In this document: positions 10,795 through 19,846 of the stretch, piece after piece | Position numbering within the stretch: the stretch's first letter is position 1 | How the letters are laid out: every line of letters starts with the position of its first letter | NCBI GenBank assembly: GCA_002938195.1 | Contig: PTKX01000002.1 | Coordinates: forward strand, 248-64,247 | DNA: 64,000 bases | Direction: 5' to 3' | From: Alphaproteobacteria bacterium MarineAlpha5_Bin7 | Lineage (GTDB): Bacteria; Pseudomonadota; Alphaproteobacteria; HIMB59; GCA-002718135 | Notes under the pieces: generated by a model | Told to the model about the DNA's origin: nothing | Database searches by the model: none | What the model saw: the letters and a program-made list of their open reading frames with translations, nothing else | Made by a program: the position numbers and the translations under genes

Positions 10795-11658
10795 CTACAA
10801 ATAATTATATTTTTTCATTAAATCTTTAAAAGATTTTTCAATCTCACTTATTTGTTTAGGAGTTAATATTTCTCTCCATTGTTTTTTTTGACCTTTTCTA
10901 AAAAAATTTGAATGTTTTGTTGCTTCCAAAAAACCATATTGTTTTTCTAAATTACTTAGATTTTCAAAACTTGTTGTTTTTATAATATTTTCTAATTTAT
11001 TTTCTAAACTTGCAAATTTTAAATTATAATTTTTTTTGAAAAAATTAACTATTTCAATAATAATTTTCATTGGTTTATCTAACAAATCTTCATATTTGAT
11101 AATAATTTTTGGAACAGAAATTTCTTCCCACGATTTAACATTATCATCCCAACTAGAAATATAAGAATAATATTTTTTATTTTTTGTGTTAGGGCCAGTT
11201 TTATACAAAGTTGAGGCACCTATTTTTTTCATTAAATAGATTGTTTCATCAATTGTTTTACCAAGATGCTTAGAGTAAGATATTACAACATCTCTCGGGT
11301 CTCTAATCAAATAAATTGCACCCAATGTATTATTTGTTGATGTAAAATTATTTTTTCCGTAGGCAATACATGCGTGATGTGTTTTAAGAAAAGCAAAATC
11401 ACCTTTAATGACAGTTTTGTTTTGACCCTGAACCCAATACTTAGAAAGTATTTCTAATTGTGAGAGATTATCATAATCATTTTGATTTATATCTTTTATA
11501 AATTCAAATCTTTCAGCATGTTCAAAGATGCTAGTGGAATTAAAAAGCTCAAAAGAAAATTTTCCATCTTTTGTAAAAAAAAGACTAGTTAATATAGCGC
11601 GTATCCAAGTGTTTCCACTTTTAGGGTATGAAGCAATCCAAAATATTTTTTTATTCAT
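10795..11658 (-). CDS. sulfotransferase domain protein
   Basis: 287 aa. IASYPKSGNTWIRAIL (PSB loop), IYLIRDPRDVVISY (3'-phosphate-binding type) and FFRKGQKKQW near the C terminus. It is a paralogue of 52416..53240. Confidence 0.8.
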   Translation of the reverse strand: MNKKIFWIASYPKSGNTWIRAILTSLFFTKDGKFSFELFNSTSIFEHAERFEFIKDINQNDYDNLSQLEILSKYWVQGQNKTVIKGDFAFLKTHHACIAYGKNNFTSTNNTLGAIYLIRDPRDVVISYSKHLGKTIDETIYLMKKIGASTLYKTGPNTKNKKYYSYISSWDDNVKSWEEISVPKIIIKYEDLLDKPMKIIIEIVNFFKKNYNLKFASLENKLENIIKTTSFENLSNLEKQYGFLEATKHSNFFRKGQKKQWREILTPKQISEIEKSFKDLMKKYNYL

Positions 11659-11659
11659 C

Positions 11660-12070
11660 TTAAATTGACTGACCTAATTTACATATATGATCCCACAATT
11701 TTTTTTCTATTGGCATCACTGAAAGTCTTGATTGCTTTAGAAGGATTAAATTTTTTAATTTTATATCATTTTTCATTGCTTCAAGAGTGATGGGTCTTTT
11801 AAACGAACTTTTATGTTTTAAATCTACAGCAACAAATCTTTTTAATTTATCTGTTGGGTCTGGATAATACTCTCTTTCTACTACAACTATGCCCATAATT
11901 TGTTTTTCTTTAACTGAATGGTAAAAAAAGCAATAATCCTTCTTTTTCATAGCCATTAAATTATTTCTTGCTTGATAATTTCTGACTCCATCCCACATTG
12001 TAATTTTTTCTTTTTTTTGATTTTCCCAAGACCATGTGCTTGGCTCAGATTTTACTAACCAATATTTCAT
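11660..12070 (-). CDS. EVE (PUA-like, DUF55) domain protein
   Basis: 136 aa starting MKYWLVKSEPSTWSW, with later WDGVRNYQARN, typical of EVE domain proteins. It overlaps tsaD by 4 nt. Confidence 0.8.
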   Translation of the reverse strand: MKYWLVKSEPSTWSWENQKKEKITMWDGVRNYQARNNLMAMKKKDYCFFYHSVKEKQIMGIVVVEREYYPDPTDKLKRFVAVDLKHKSSFKRPITLEAMKNDIKLKNLILLKQSRLSVMPIEKKLWDHICKLGQSI

Positions 12071-13095
12071 AAATTTTTATTTGAATTAATTGATAATCTA
12101 GGATTCTCTTTAAATAAATAATCTGGTTTAATTTTATTTTTAAATTTATAATGTCCAACAAGGCCTATCATTGCAGCGTTATCCCCACATAACTCTACAG
12201 GAGGATATATTATATTATATTTATTTAAATTAATATTTGAAGAAAGTGTTTTTCTAATTTCTAGATTTGCTGCAACCCCTCCTACAATAGATATATTTTT
12301 AATTTTAATTTTTTTTTGATCAATAATTCTTAAAACATTTTCTAATTTTTTTTCTAAAATTAATATAATTTTTTTTTGAAAAGAAGCCGCTAAATTTTTT
12401 TTGAACTCTAAACTTATTTTTTTTTGTTTTTTAACAATTAAGCTTACTGCAGTTTTAATTCCAGAAAAAGAAAAATTAATTTCGTCTTTATTATTTAGTG
12501 GGTGTGGTAAAGAAAATTCACTATCATTGCCCATTAATGCTAATTTTTCAATTTGAGGACCTCCAGGATAAGCAAGTTTTATAAGCTTTGCAACTTTATC
12601 AAAAGATTCTCCAATAGCATCGTCAACACTTTCTCCCAAGAGCTCATATTTATGAATATTTTTTACTAAATAAATTTGTGTGTGACCACCTGTTAAAAGA
12701 AGGGTGATGTTAGGAAACTTTACTGTATTATTAAATAAAGGAGAAAGTATATGACCTTCTAGGTGATTTATGGGATAAAAAGGCTTTTTAAGACTTACTG
12801 CAATACTTTTGGCAGTAATAGAGCCAACCAGCAATCCTCCAATTAGCCCTGGCCCACTTGTAGCACAAAAAAAATCTATATTTTTTAAATTTAGGCCAGC
12901 TTTTTTTAAGCACATCGGAATATTTTTTTGCAAAATTTCTAGATGTGCCCTTGATGCTATCTCTGGAACAACACCTCCAAATGCTTTATGTTCAACTTGA
13001 TTGGAAGTAATTTGGCTTAATATTTCGGCTTTTTCATTAACTATTGCCACAGATGTCTCGTCACAAGAAGTTTCTATTGAAAGTGATAAAGTCAT
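12067..13095 (-). CDS. tsaD: tRNA N6-adenosine threonylcarbamoyltransferase
   Basis: 342 aa. SIETSCDETSVAIV, HLEGHILSP, TGGHTQ and GGVAAN motifs of the Kae1/TsaD family. Confidence 0.95.
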   Translation of the reverse strand: MTLSLSIETSCDETSVAIVNEKAEILSQITSNQVEHKAFGGVVPEIASRAHLEILQKNIPMCLKKAGLNLKNIDFFCATSGPGLIGGLLVGSITAKSIAVSLKKPFYPINHLEGHILSPLFNNTVKFPNITLLLTGGHTQIYLVKNIHKYELLGESVDDAIGESFDKVAKLIKLAYPGGPQIEKLALMGNDSEFSLPHPLNNKDEINFSFSGIKTAVSLIVKKQKKISLEFKKNLAASFQKKIILILEKKLENVLRIIDQKKIKIKNISIVGGVAANLEIRKTLSSNINLNKYNIIYPPVELCGDNAAMIGLVGHYKFKNKIKPDYLFKENPRLSINSNKNL

Positions 13096-13156
13096 ATAAA
13101 TTCTATTAATTTTGTACTGTGAAACATACTTAGAAAAATGATAAACTCAATATTAA

Positions 13157-14050
13157 ATGACAGAAAAGATACTAAAGAAATTTTATTTTTTCACCAAATT
13201 GTCAACTTCTTTGATTCTTTTCTTTATTATTGTTTTTCTTGGCTATATTTTTTCTAAAGCATATATATCAAATTCAGGAAATGAGCAGTCTTTGCTTATA
13301 AATGAACAAATAAACGAACTATTTGTTGCCGTTAAGCACAATGCGGAATCTTTAAATAATATCAAAAATCAGATTAGTAGCAATGAAGCAGCTTTGAGCG
13401 ATATTAATTCAAAAATTTCTAAACAGAACCAGGGGGGTCTTTTTTTGGACCAAGTAGAGAATCTTTTAGAAGAGAATAAGCAAATAAATGAACAAATCAT
13501 TCAGTTAAATAAAAAATTAGAAAATTCAAAAAATCATATTCAACCAATAGATCAAGATAATTCAGAAAATATATCTATTAATAGTTTAATAGATTTAATC
13601 AAATTAAAATATGAAAATGGCACAGATGTAAAAAAAGAATTAACTTTATTACAAAAAAATACAAACAATTCTCATAATGCAAATTTTGAAAAAATGTTTC
13701 TTTTATCCAATAGTAAATTTATTGGTTTAGAAAATTTGCAAATTGAATTTGATATTTTGATGAAAGAATATTTAAAAGAATATTATAATAATAAAAATAG
13801 TAATTTATTTTATAATTACTTATCAAAATTTTATACAATAGAGCCTAATTCTACATCTAACTTTAAAAGCGATGTACTTAAAAACTTTTCTATAATAAAA
13901 GATAAATTAAAACAAAAAGATATACAATCATCTTTGTATTATTTATCTAAAGTAGACCAATCTGAAAATTATTTTAATTATTGGATTAAAGAGGCCAATA
14001 ATTATGTGATATTCAATAAAAATTTAATTTTTATACAAAAAAATAAATGA
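13157..14050 (+). CDS. membrane-anchored coiled-coil protein, HemX / alpha-Mic60 (mitofilin)-like candidate
   Basis: 297 aa. One N-terminal TM segment (LILFFIIVFLGYIF), a long Asn/Gln/Glu/Lys-rich coiled-coil middle, and a short C-terminal region with W..EA. It lies divergent from tsaD and directly upstream of a HemY-like gene, the conserved alphaproteobacterial context. Confidence 0.45.
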   Translation: MTEKILKKFYFFTKLSTSLILFFIIVFLGYIFSKAYISNSGNEQSLLINEQINELFVAVKHNAESLNNIKNQISSNEAALSDINSKISKQNQGGLFLDQVENLLEENKQINEQIIQLNKKLENSKNHIQPIDQDNSENISINSLIDLIKLKYENGTDVKKELTLLQKNTNNSHNANFEKMFLLSNSKFIGLENLQIEFDILMKEYLKEYYNNKNSNLFYNYLSKFYTIEPNSTSNFKSDVLKNFSIIKDKLKQKDIQSSLYYLSKVDQSENYFNYWIKEANNYVIFNKNLIFIQKNK

Positions 14051-15384
14051 TAAAATTATTTATAATTTTCATTCAACTTTCAATTCTAGTATTCTTAGGG
14101 ACTTTAATCATTAATTTTTCTTATCCAGTTTCCATTGCTCTGGAAGAAGTTATAATATCAACTTCAAGTTCTGTTATAATTTTTTTGTTATTAACTACAG
14201 TTTTTTTAATACTTTTTTTCCAAAAGATTTTATTTTTTATTAGGCAGAAATTTGCAGCCCTAAAACATAGTAATCGTAATAATAATTATCAAAAAGGATA
14301 CCATGCTTTTACTCAAGGAATGATAGCGCTAGCAAATAAAGATCATAAGAAAGCTATTTTGGCAAATAAAAAACTTTCAAAATATCTGGATGACAAATCA
14401 TTAAGCCTCCTTTTAATGTCTGAAACACTTAAAATAGAAAAAAAATACAGTGAATTAGAAAAAGTCTATCAGGATATGCTTAAAAATGATGATACTAAAA
14501 CTTTGGGTCTAAAGGGCCTCATGAATCAAAGTTTGCAAGAACAAGATTATCATCATGCTTTTATTTATGGTGAAAAGTTATTTAATGAGAATCATCAAAT
14601 TGATAAACTTTATGAGACCCTTATAACAATTATAAGTAAAACAAATAATTGGCAAAAACTGATTGAAATCAATGAAAAATCTTTAAAAAATAAAATAATT
14701 GATAGACAAACTTATTCTCTAAATCAGTCAATTGCATTTTATGAAATTTCAAAAATTAAAATGCATAGTGATACTTCTGAATCAATTCAATTAATGGAAA
14801 AAGCACTAAAATTAAGAGAATTTTTTCCTCCATATGTATGCTTGTATATAGATTTATTAGTGGAAAAAAATAAACTTACTTTGGCAAAAAAGTATTTATT
14901 TAAAGCTTGGTCAAAAAACCCACATCCTGAATATAAATCTAAAATAAAATTATTAGCTGATAAAATGGGAACCGCCTTTAATGAATTAGCTAAATATATT
15001 ACAAAGGATACCACATCTTTATCAGAATCAAAAATATTACTAGCAGAGTCATTAGTTGAGATTGAAAAATGGTCAGATGCTAAAAAAATTATTAGCAATC
15101 TCTTAGAGCATAAACCCTCAAAAGAGGTTTGTATGTTGATGTCAAAAATTGAAGAGGGCGATACCAATGATCCTCAAAAAGTTAATGCTTGGATTTCTCG
15201 TTCTAATTTTGGTGATTTAAATAAAATTTGGATATGCAGTATAACTAATATCTCTCAAACAAATTGGAACTCAGTAGGTGACTCTGGTTATTTTAATACT
15301 TTAGAATGGAAAAATCCAAAATTAATTTCAGATTTGCAGCCTACTAATGTTGAAACAAATATTATTAAATATATAAATAATTAA
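14047..15384 (+). CDS. HemY-like (HemY_N + TPR) inner-membrane protein
   Basis: 445 aa. Two N-terminal TM helices followed by QKGYHAFTQGMIALANKD (HemY_N style), then TPR-like helical repeats. It overlaps the upstream gene by 4 nt. Confidence 0.65.
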   Translation: MIKLFIIFIQLSILVFLGTLIINFSYPVSIALEEVIISTSSSVIIFLLLTTVFLILFFQKILFFIRQKFAALKHSNRNNNYQKGYHAFTQGMIALANKDHKKAILANKKLSKYLDDKSLSLLLMSETLKIEKKYSELEKVYQDMLKNDDTKTLGLKGLMNQSLQEQDYHHAFIYGEKLFNENHQIDKLYETLITIISKTNNWQKLIEINEKSLKNKIIDRQTYSLNQSIAFYEISKIKMHSDTSESIQLMEKALKLREFFPPYVCLYIDLLVEKNKLTLAKKYLFKAWSKNPHPEYKSKIKLLADKMGTAFNELAKYITKDTTSLSESKILLAESLVEIEKWSDAKKIISNLLEHKPSKEVCMLMSKIEEGDTNDPQKVNAWISRSNFGDLNKIWICSITNISQTNWNSVGDSGYFNTLEWKNPKLISDLQPTNVETNIIKYINN

Positions 15385-16088
15385 TGGATATTGGAAAGCC
15401 TACATTTTTTATTGGTTATGACTCTAAAGAAGATATTGCTTATAGAGTTTGTAAACAATCACTTTTAAAAAATTCTTCTATTCCAATAAATGTATTGTCT
15501 TTAAAACTTTATGAATTAGTTGCTCAAAAATTATATAATAGACCCATAGATCCGCTTGCTTCTACAGAATTTACATATTCCCGTTTTTTAGTTCCAAGTA
15601 TTATGGAATATAAAGGTTGGGCAATATTTTGTGATTGTGATTTTATTTTTTTTGAAGATGTAGCGAAACTTTTTAAAAATTTATCTTCGGATAAGGCAGT
15701 ATATTGTGTACAGCATGACTATACCCCTAGTGAAAAACATAAAATGGATGGCAAGCAACAAACAATTTATCCCAGAAAAAACTGGTCTAGCTTTATTGTT
15801 TTTAATTGTTCTCATCCGAGCAACAAAAAATTAAATTTAGATTTAGTTAATTCAGAATCAGGATCTTATTTACATCAATTTAAATGGTTAAGTGATTCTG
15901 AGATAGGTTCTTTAGATGAAAGATGGAATTGGCTAGAAGGTTGGACCTCAAAGCACAATGAAGAAAAACCTTATGCGGTTCACTATACTAGAGGTGGGCC
16001 CTGGTTTGATGAGTGGCAAGATGTTGAATATGCTGCTGAATGGATAAAAGAAAGAGACTTTTACCTCAAAAATAAATTTAATTCTTAA
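15384..16088 (+). CDS. putative GT-A fold glycosyltransferase (GT8-like)
   Basis: 234 aa. STEFTYSRFLVPSIMEYKGWAIFCDCDFIFFEDV contains a D-x-D-type motif (DCD) in the usual GT8 context. TAATG junction with the HemY-like gene. Confidence 0.45.
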   Translation: MDIGKPTFFIGYDSKEDIAYRVCKQSLLKNSSIPINVLSLKLYELVAQKLYNRPIDPLASTEFTYSRFLVPSIMEYKGWAIFCDCDFIFFEDVAKLFKNLSSDKAVYCVQHDYTPSEKHKMDGKQQTIYPRKNWSSFIVFNCSHPSNKKLNLDLVNSESGSYLHQFKWLSDSEIGSLDERWNWLEGWTSKHNEEKPYAVHYTRGGPWFDEWQDVEYAAEWIKERDFYLKNKFNS

Positions 16089-17901
16089 TTTTAAATTTTT
16101 TTATTAAATCTTTTTTGATATCTAATATAGTTTCTTCATATTCAGATTTTGTGGAGTAAATTTTTATACTACTATACCAAGGCGTTTTGTTATTATCTTG
16201 ATTCCAATAAAAAAATGTAGCATGATTTTTTGGTTTAATTAACCAAGTAGGTACACCCAAAGAGCCTGCTAAATGTGCAGTACTATTACTAACTGTAATA
16301 AATAAGTCTAAGTTTTTTAGAAGTCCAGATATTGATTCAAAGTCATTAAATAAGTCAACCCCTTCTATTGTATCAATACTAATTTTATTTTTATTATTAA
16401 AGTTAACTAATTCTTCAGCGGTATCACCATATTGTAGATTAATAAAATCAAAATATTTAAGCCTTAATATCGGCAATAGATTAGATAAACTAACTGATTT
16501 AAATTCGCCATAGTGCTCCCTTTTGCTTCTCCAGGAGATACCAATTTTAGGTTTTTTCAAATTACTTAATTTAGACTTTATTTCATTTATTTTTTTATTG
16601 TCTATTTTGAGAAAATTTTCCTTTGGGAAGCAAGAAATATTTTTTCTAAAAAACCTGCCTAAGCTTCCAGCATAGATTACTGTATCAAAATTATTTAATT
16701 TTTTTATTTCACTGGTGAAAGTGCCAAAGGGAAAAAATTTATCTTTATTATTTTTGTTTAAAGAATAATCAAATAATTTTATTAACCTTTCATCTGATTC
16801 AAAAATTGCGTTTGGAAATTCTTGTAATACATCTGCATACATTGATCCATATAATATTTCATCTCCAACCCCTTGTTCTTTAACTATCAAAATTTTACTA
16901 CTACGGTTTAATTTTTTTTTGCTATTCCATAATTTATTTTTTATATTATCGTGTTTAGTGTTTTTGAAACTAAATTCTTCTAATTTAAGTCTCCCATCGA
17001 AAATGTTCCATGCTTGTTCATACTTTTGTTGTTTTAATAATAAATGTGAATAAGCTTTTTTTATTAAATCATTGTTAGGATTCATAGCATATGATTTTTG
17101 ATAAAGTCTTTCTGATTCTTTTTCCTTTCCTAAATTAAAATATGCTATTGCAATATTACTCATAATTAAGGGATTATTTTTATCAAATTCTTCTGCTTTT
17201 AAATAAAATTGTAATCCTTTTTTGTAATCCCCATTGTTATTGTAATAATTAGCTATATTATTTAATAATTCTGATGAGTTTGGTTCAATATTTAAGCCTT
17301 TTTTAAAAATTTTTAGTGCATTAATCTTATCATTAATTAATGTATAACAATGACCAAGATTATTATAACTAGCAATATATTTAGGAGCTATTTTAATACC
17401 GTCTAAAAATGCTTTTTTTGCTTCTTCAAATTTTTTTAATGAAATTAAAATTAATCCTAGAGTATTAAAAGCAAGATAATCTTTAGTATTTTTATTTATT
17501 GAAGATATTATATAAGGAAGTGCTTCATCAGGCTTTTTCATATAATTTAAAACCAAAGCCCTGTCTCTTTGTGCTGGTTGAAATTCTTTTTTAATTTTAA
17601 GAACTTCATCAATGTATTTTAAGGCTAAAACATATGATTTTTCTGTAATATATATTGTATATATATTGAATCTTGACTGCCAGTGTTGCATGTCCTTTTT
17701 AATTACTATTAAATAACTTTTTTTTGCTAAATCTAATTTGTTTATATGTTGGCACATATAACCATGATTGTACCTAGCATTTATGTCATTAGGATTATTT
17801 TTTAGATATTCTGTTAATTTATTAAGTGCTGAAATTTTATCACCACTAGAAAATTCTGATAAAATTTTATTTAATAATGTAGCTTTATTTTGATTTATCA
17901 T
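16078..17901 (-). CDS. TPR-repeat protein with C-terminal GT9-like glycosyltransferase domain
   Basis: 607 aa. About 300 aa of TPR repeats, then KEQGVGDEILYGSMY and VSNSTAHLAGSLGVPTWLI, which match heptosyltransferase-like GxGD and ..HLA...G.P motifs. Confidence 0.6.
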   Translation of the reverse strand: MINQNKATLLNKILSEFSSGDKISALNKLTEYLKNNPNDINARYNHGYMCQHINKLDLAKKSYLIVIKKDMQHWQSRFNIYTIYITEKSYVLALKYIDEVLKIKKEFQPAQRDRALVLNYMKKPDEALPYIISSINKNTKDYLAFNTLGLILISLKKFEEAKKAFLDGIKIAPKYIASYNNLGHCYTLINDKINALKIFKKGLNIEPNSSELLNNIANYYNNNGDYKKGLQFYLKAEEFDKNNPLIMSNIAIAYFNLGKEKESERLYQKSYAMNPNNDLIKKAYSHLLLKQQKYEQAWNIFDGRLKLEEFSFKNTKHDNIKNKLWNSKKKLNRSSKILIVKEQGVGDEILYGSMYADVLQEFPNAIFESDERLIKLFDYSLNKNNKDKFFPFGTFTSEIKKLNNFDTVIYAGSLGRFFRKNISCFPKENFLKIDNKKINEIKSKLSNLKKPKIGISWRSKREHYGEFKSVSLSNLLPILRLKYFDFINLQYGDTAEELVNFNNKNKISIDTIEGVDLFNDFESISGLLKNLDLFITVSNSTAHLAGSLGVPTWLIKPKNHATFFYWNQDNNKTPWYSSIKIYSTKSEYEETILDIKKDLIKKFKIKN

Positions 17902-17907
17902 TTTTTA

Positions 17908-17925
17908 CCCGGCAATTATGCCGGG
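17908..17925 (-). promoter_or_regulatory. GC-rich hairpin (7-bp stem, 4-nt loop) 6 nt upstream of the TPR-GT9 start codon
   Basis: CCCGGCA-ATTA-TGCCGGG is a perfect stem. On the minus transcript it is followed by UAAAAA-AUG rather than a U-tract. It sits between the stop of 17960..18712 and the start at 17901. Confidence 0.4.
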
Positions 17926-17959
17926 CATTTTAATATTTATTTTTTTTTTATAAAGTAGA

Positions 17960-18712
17960 TTATCTACGTTGACCAAAAAGCTGCAAAAGTAAGATAAATA
18001 AATTGATAAAATCAAGATATAATCTCAATGCACCCATTAATGCTTTCTTTGAACCAACATCTTCGGAATCTCCTGAATAATACATATTTTTAATACTTTG
18101 CGTGTCATAAGCTGTTAATCCAACGAATACTAAGACACCAATAACTGAAATTGCAAATTGTAAGGCGCTACTTCCGATGAAGATATTAACTACACTAGCA
18201 ATGATAATTCCTATTAATCCCATAAATAGAAAGCCGCCTAATCTAGTTAAATCTCTTTTAGTAGTATATCCGTACAAACTCATTGCTGCAAAAGTTCCCG
18301 AAGTAATAAAAAACACCCTCGCTATAGAAGATTGAGTAAACTCAATAAATAGTGAGGCAAGGGATAATCCCATTATTGCAGAAAAAATCCAAAACGTTAT
18401 TTGTGCTGTGGATATGTTCATTTTATTAATTCTTGCACTTAGATAAAAAACAAATCCAAGAGGTGCGAGCATTACAACCCACTTTAGCGGAGAACCAAAA
18501 AGCATAGCGCCAATTGATGTCACTCCAATTATTTGTCCAAAATCATTTGTTACTATTGAAGCTTTTCCAAAAAAATAAGCAACCAAACCTGTAAATAAAA
18601 GGCCTGTAGTCATATAGTTATAGACTTTTAGCATGTAAGCCCTCAAGCCCTCGTCAATGACTGATTGATCTGTTGTTTTTGAAAAAGATCTTTGATTAAA
18701 GTCTAAAGCCAT
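17960..18712 (-). CDS. Bax inhibitor-1 / YccA family membrane protein
   Basis: 250 aa with seven predicted hydrophobic segments. N-terminal GLRAYMLKVYNYMTTGL and C-terminal LYLDFINLFILLLQLFG are typical of the BI-1/YccA family. Confidence 0.8.
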   Translation of the reverse strand: MALDFNQRSFSKTTDQSVIDEGLRAYMLKVYNYMTTGLLFTGLVAYFFGKASIVTNDFGQIIGVTSIGAMLFGSPLKWVVMLAPLGFVFYLSARINKMNISTAQITFWIFSAIMGLSLASLFIEFTQSSIARVFFITSGTFAAMSLYGYTTKRDLTRLGGFLFMGLIGIIIASVVNIFIGSSALQFAISVIGVLVFVGLTAYDTQSIKNMYYSGDSEDVGSKKALMGALRLYLDFINLFILLLQLFGQRR

Positions 18713-18791
18713 AGAATCTCCTTTTATTATTATATTATATTGCTATAAATCTAACTTTTTCAAGATATATTTATATAAATTAGGCAAAGAT

Positions 18792-19844
18792 ATGAAATTT
18801 AGAAAATTAGGGACAACAGATATAGATGTAAGCGTTATTTGTTTAGGAACCATGACATTTGGTGAGCAAAACTCAAAAAAAGAAGGTTTTGAGCAAATGG
18901 ACTTCGCTTTAGAAAAAGGGGTAAATTTTTTTGATACTGCAGAGCTATACCCCATTATGCCAAGAAAAGAAACTTACGCAGATACTGAAAGAATTATAGG
19001 CGATTGGTTTAAAGAAAAAAATAATAGAGATAAAATAATTTTAGCCTCTAAAATTGCCTCTCAATCTGATGACTTAGATTGGATAAGAGAGGGAGGCAGA
19101 AAATTAGGCTTTGATAAAAAAAATATTAATTTAGCAATAAACGAAAGTCTAAAAAGACTTAAAACAGACTACATTGATTTATACCAACTTCATTGGCCCG
19201 AAAGGGAAATAGCCATGTTTGGAAAATTAAATTATGAACATAATCACAATGAAAACTATTGGACAGCATTTGAAGAAGTTTTAGAAAATTTGAATGACTT
19301 AGTTAAGCAGGGAAAGATTCGTTTTATAGGAGTATCAAATGAAACACCTTGGGGAATGATGAAATTCATAAAACTAGCAGAAGAAAAAAATTTACCTCGA
19401 GTTATGTCTATTCAAAATGTTTATAACCTTGTTAATAGAGTTTTTGATATCGCAAATTCAGAAGTGTCTATAAGAGAAAATTGTGGTTTATTAGCTTACT
19501 CCCCTTTAGCAGGTGGTAGATTAAGCGGCAAGTATTTGAATAATAAAAAACCTGATAAAGCTAGATATACACTTTGGCCAAAACGTTTCTCAAGACACCA
19601 TACAAAAAGAGGAGAAATTGCTATAGAAAAATATTTTAATTTAGCAAATAAATATAATATTGCCCCATCTACTTTTGCAAATGCATTTGTAAATGATAGA
19701 CCTTTTGTAACAAGTAATATAATTGGAGCTACTACTATTGCACAATTGAAAGAAGATATTGATAGTATCAATATTACATTAAGCAAAGAAATAATTAATG
19801 AAATAGAAGAAATACACCTCGCTGACCCCAATCCATGTGTTTAA
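18792..19844 (+). CDS. NADP-dependent aldo/keto reductase (Tas-like)
   Basis: 350 aa. LGTTDIDVSVICLGTMTFG, FFDTAELYP, DLYQLHWP and IGVSNETPWG. Confidence 0.85.
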   Translation: MKFRKLGTTDIDVSVICLGTMTFGEQNSKKEGFEQMDFALEKGVNFFDTAELYPIMPRKETYADTERIIGDWFKEKNNRDKIILASKIASQSDDLDWIREGGRKLGFDKKNINLAINESLKRLKTDYIDLYQLHWPEREIAMFGKLNYEHNHNENYWTAFEEVLENLNDLVKQGKIRFIGVSNETPWGMMKFIKLAEEKNLPRVMSIQNVYNLVNRVFDIANSEVSIRENCGLLAYSPLAGGRLSGKYLNNKKPDKARYTLWPKRFSRHHTKRGEIAIEKYFNLANKYNIAPSTFANAFVNDRPFVTSNIIGATTIAQLKEDIDSINITLSKEIINEIEEIHLADPNPCV

Positions 19845-19846
19845 CT

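Noticed and set aside
14787-15167. Long antisense ORFs inside confident genes (this one, plus 1171..1488, 2985..3305, 19496..19831, 51463..51762, 56171..56539, 57935..58223 and others)
   Set aside because: All lie fully within or opposite strongly supported CDSs. They have low-complexity Phe/Ile/Leu/Ser-rich compositions and no motifs, so they are treated as shadow ORFs.
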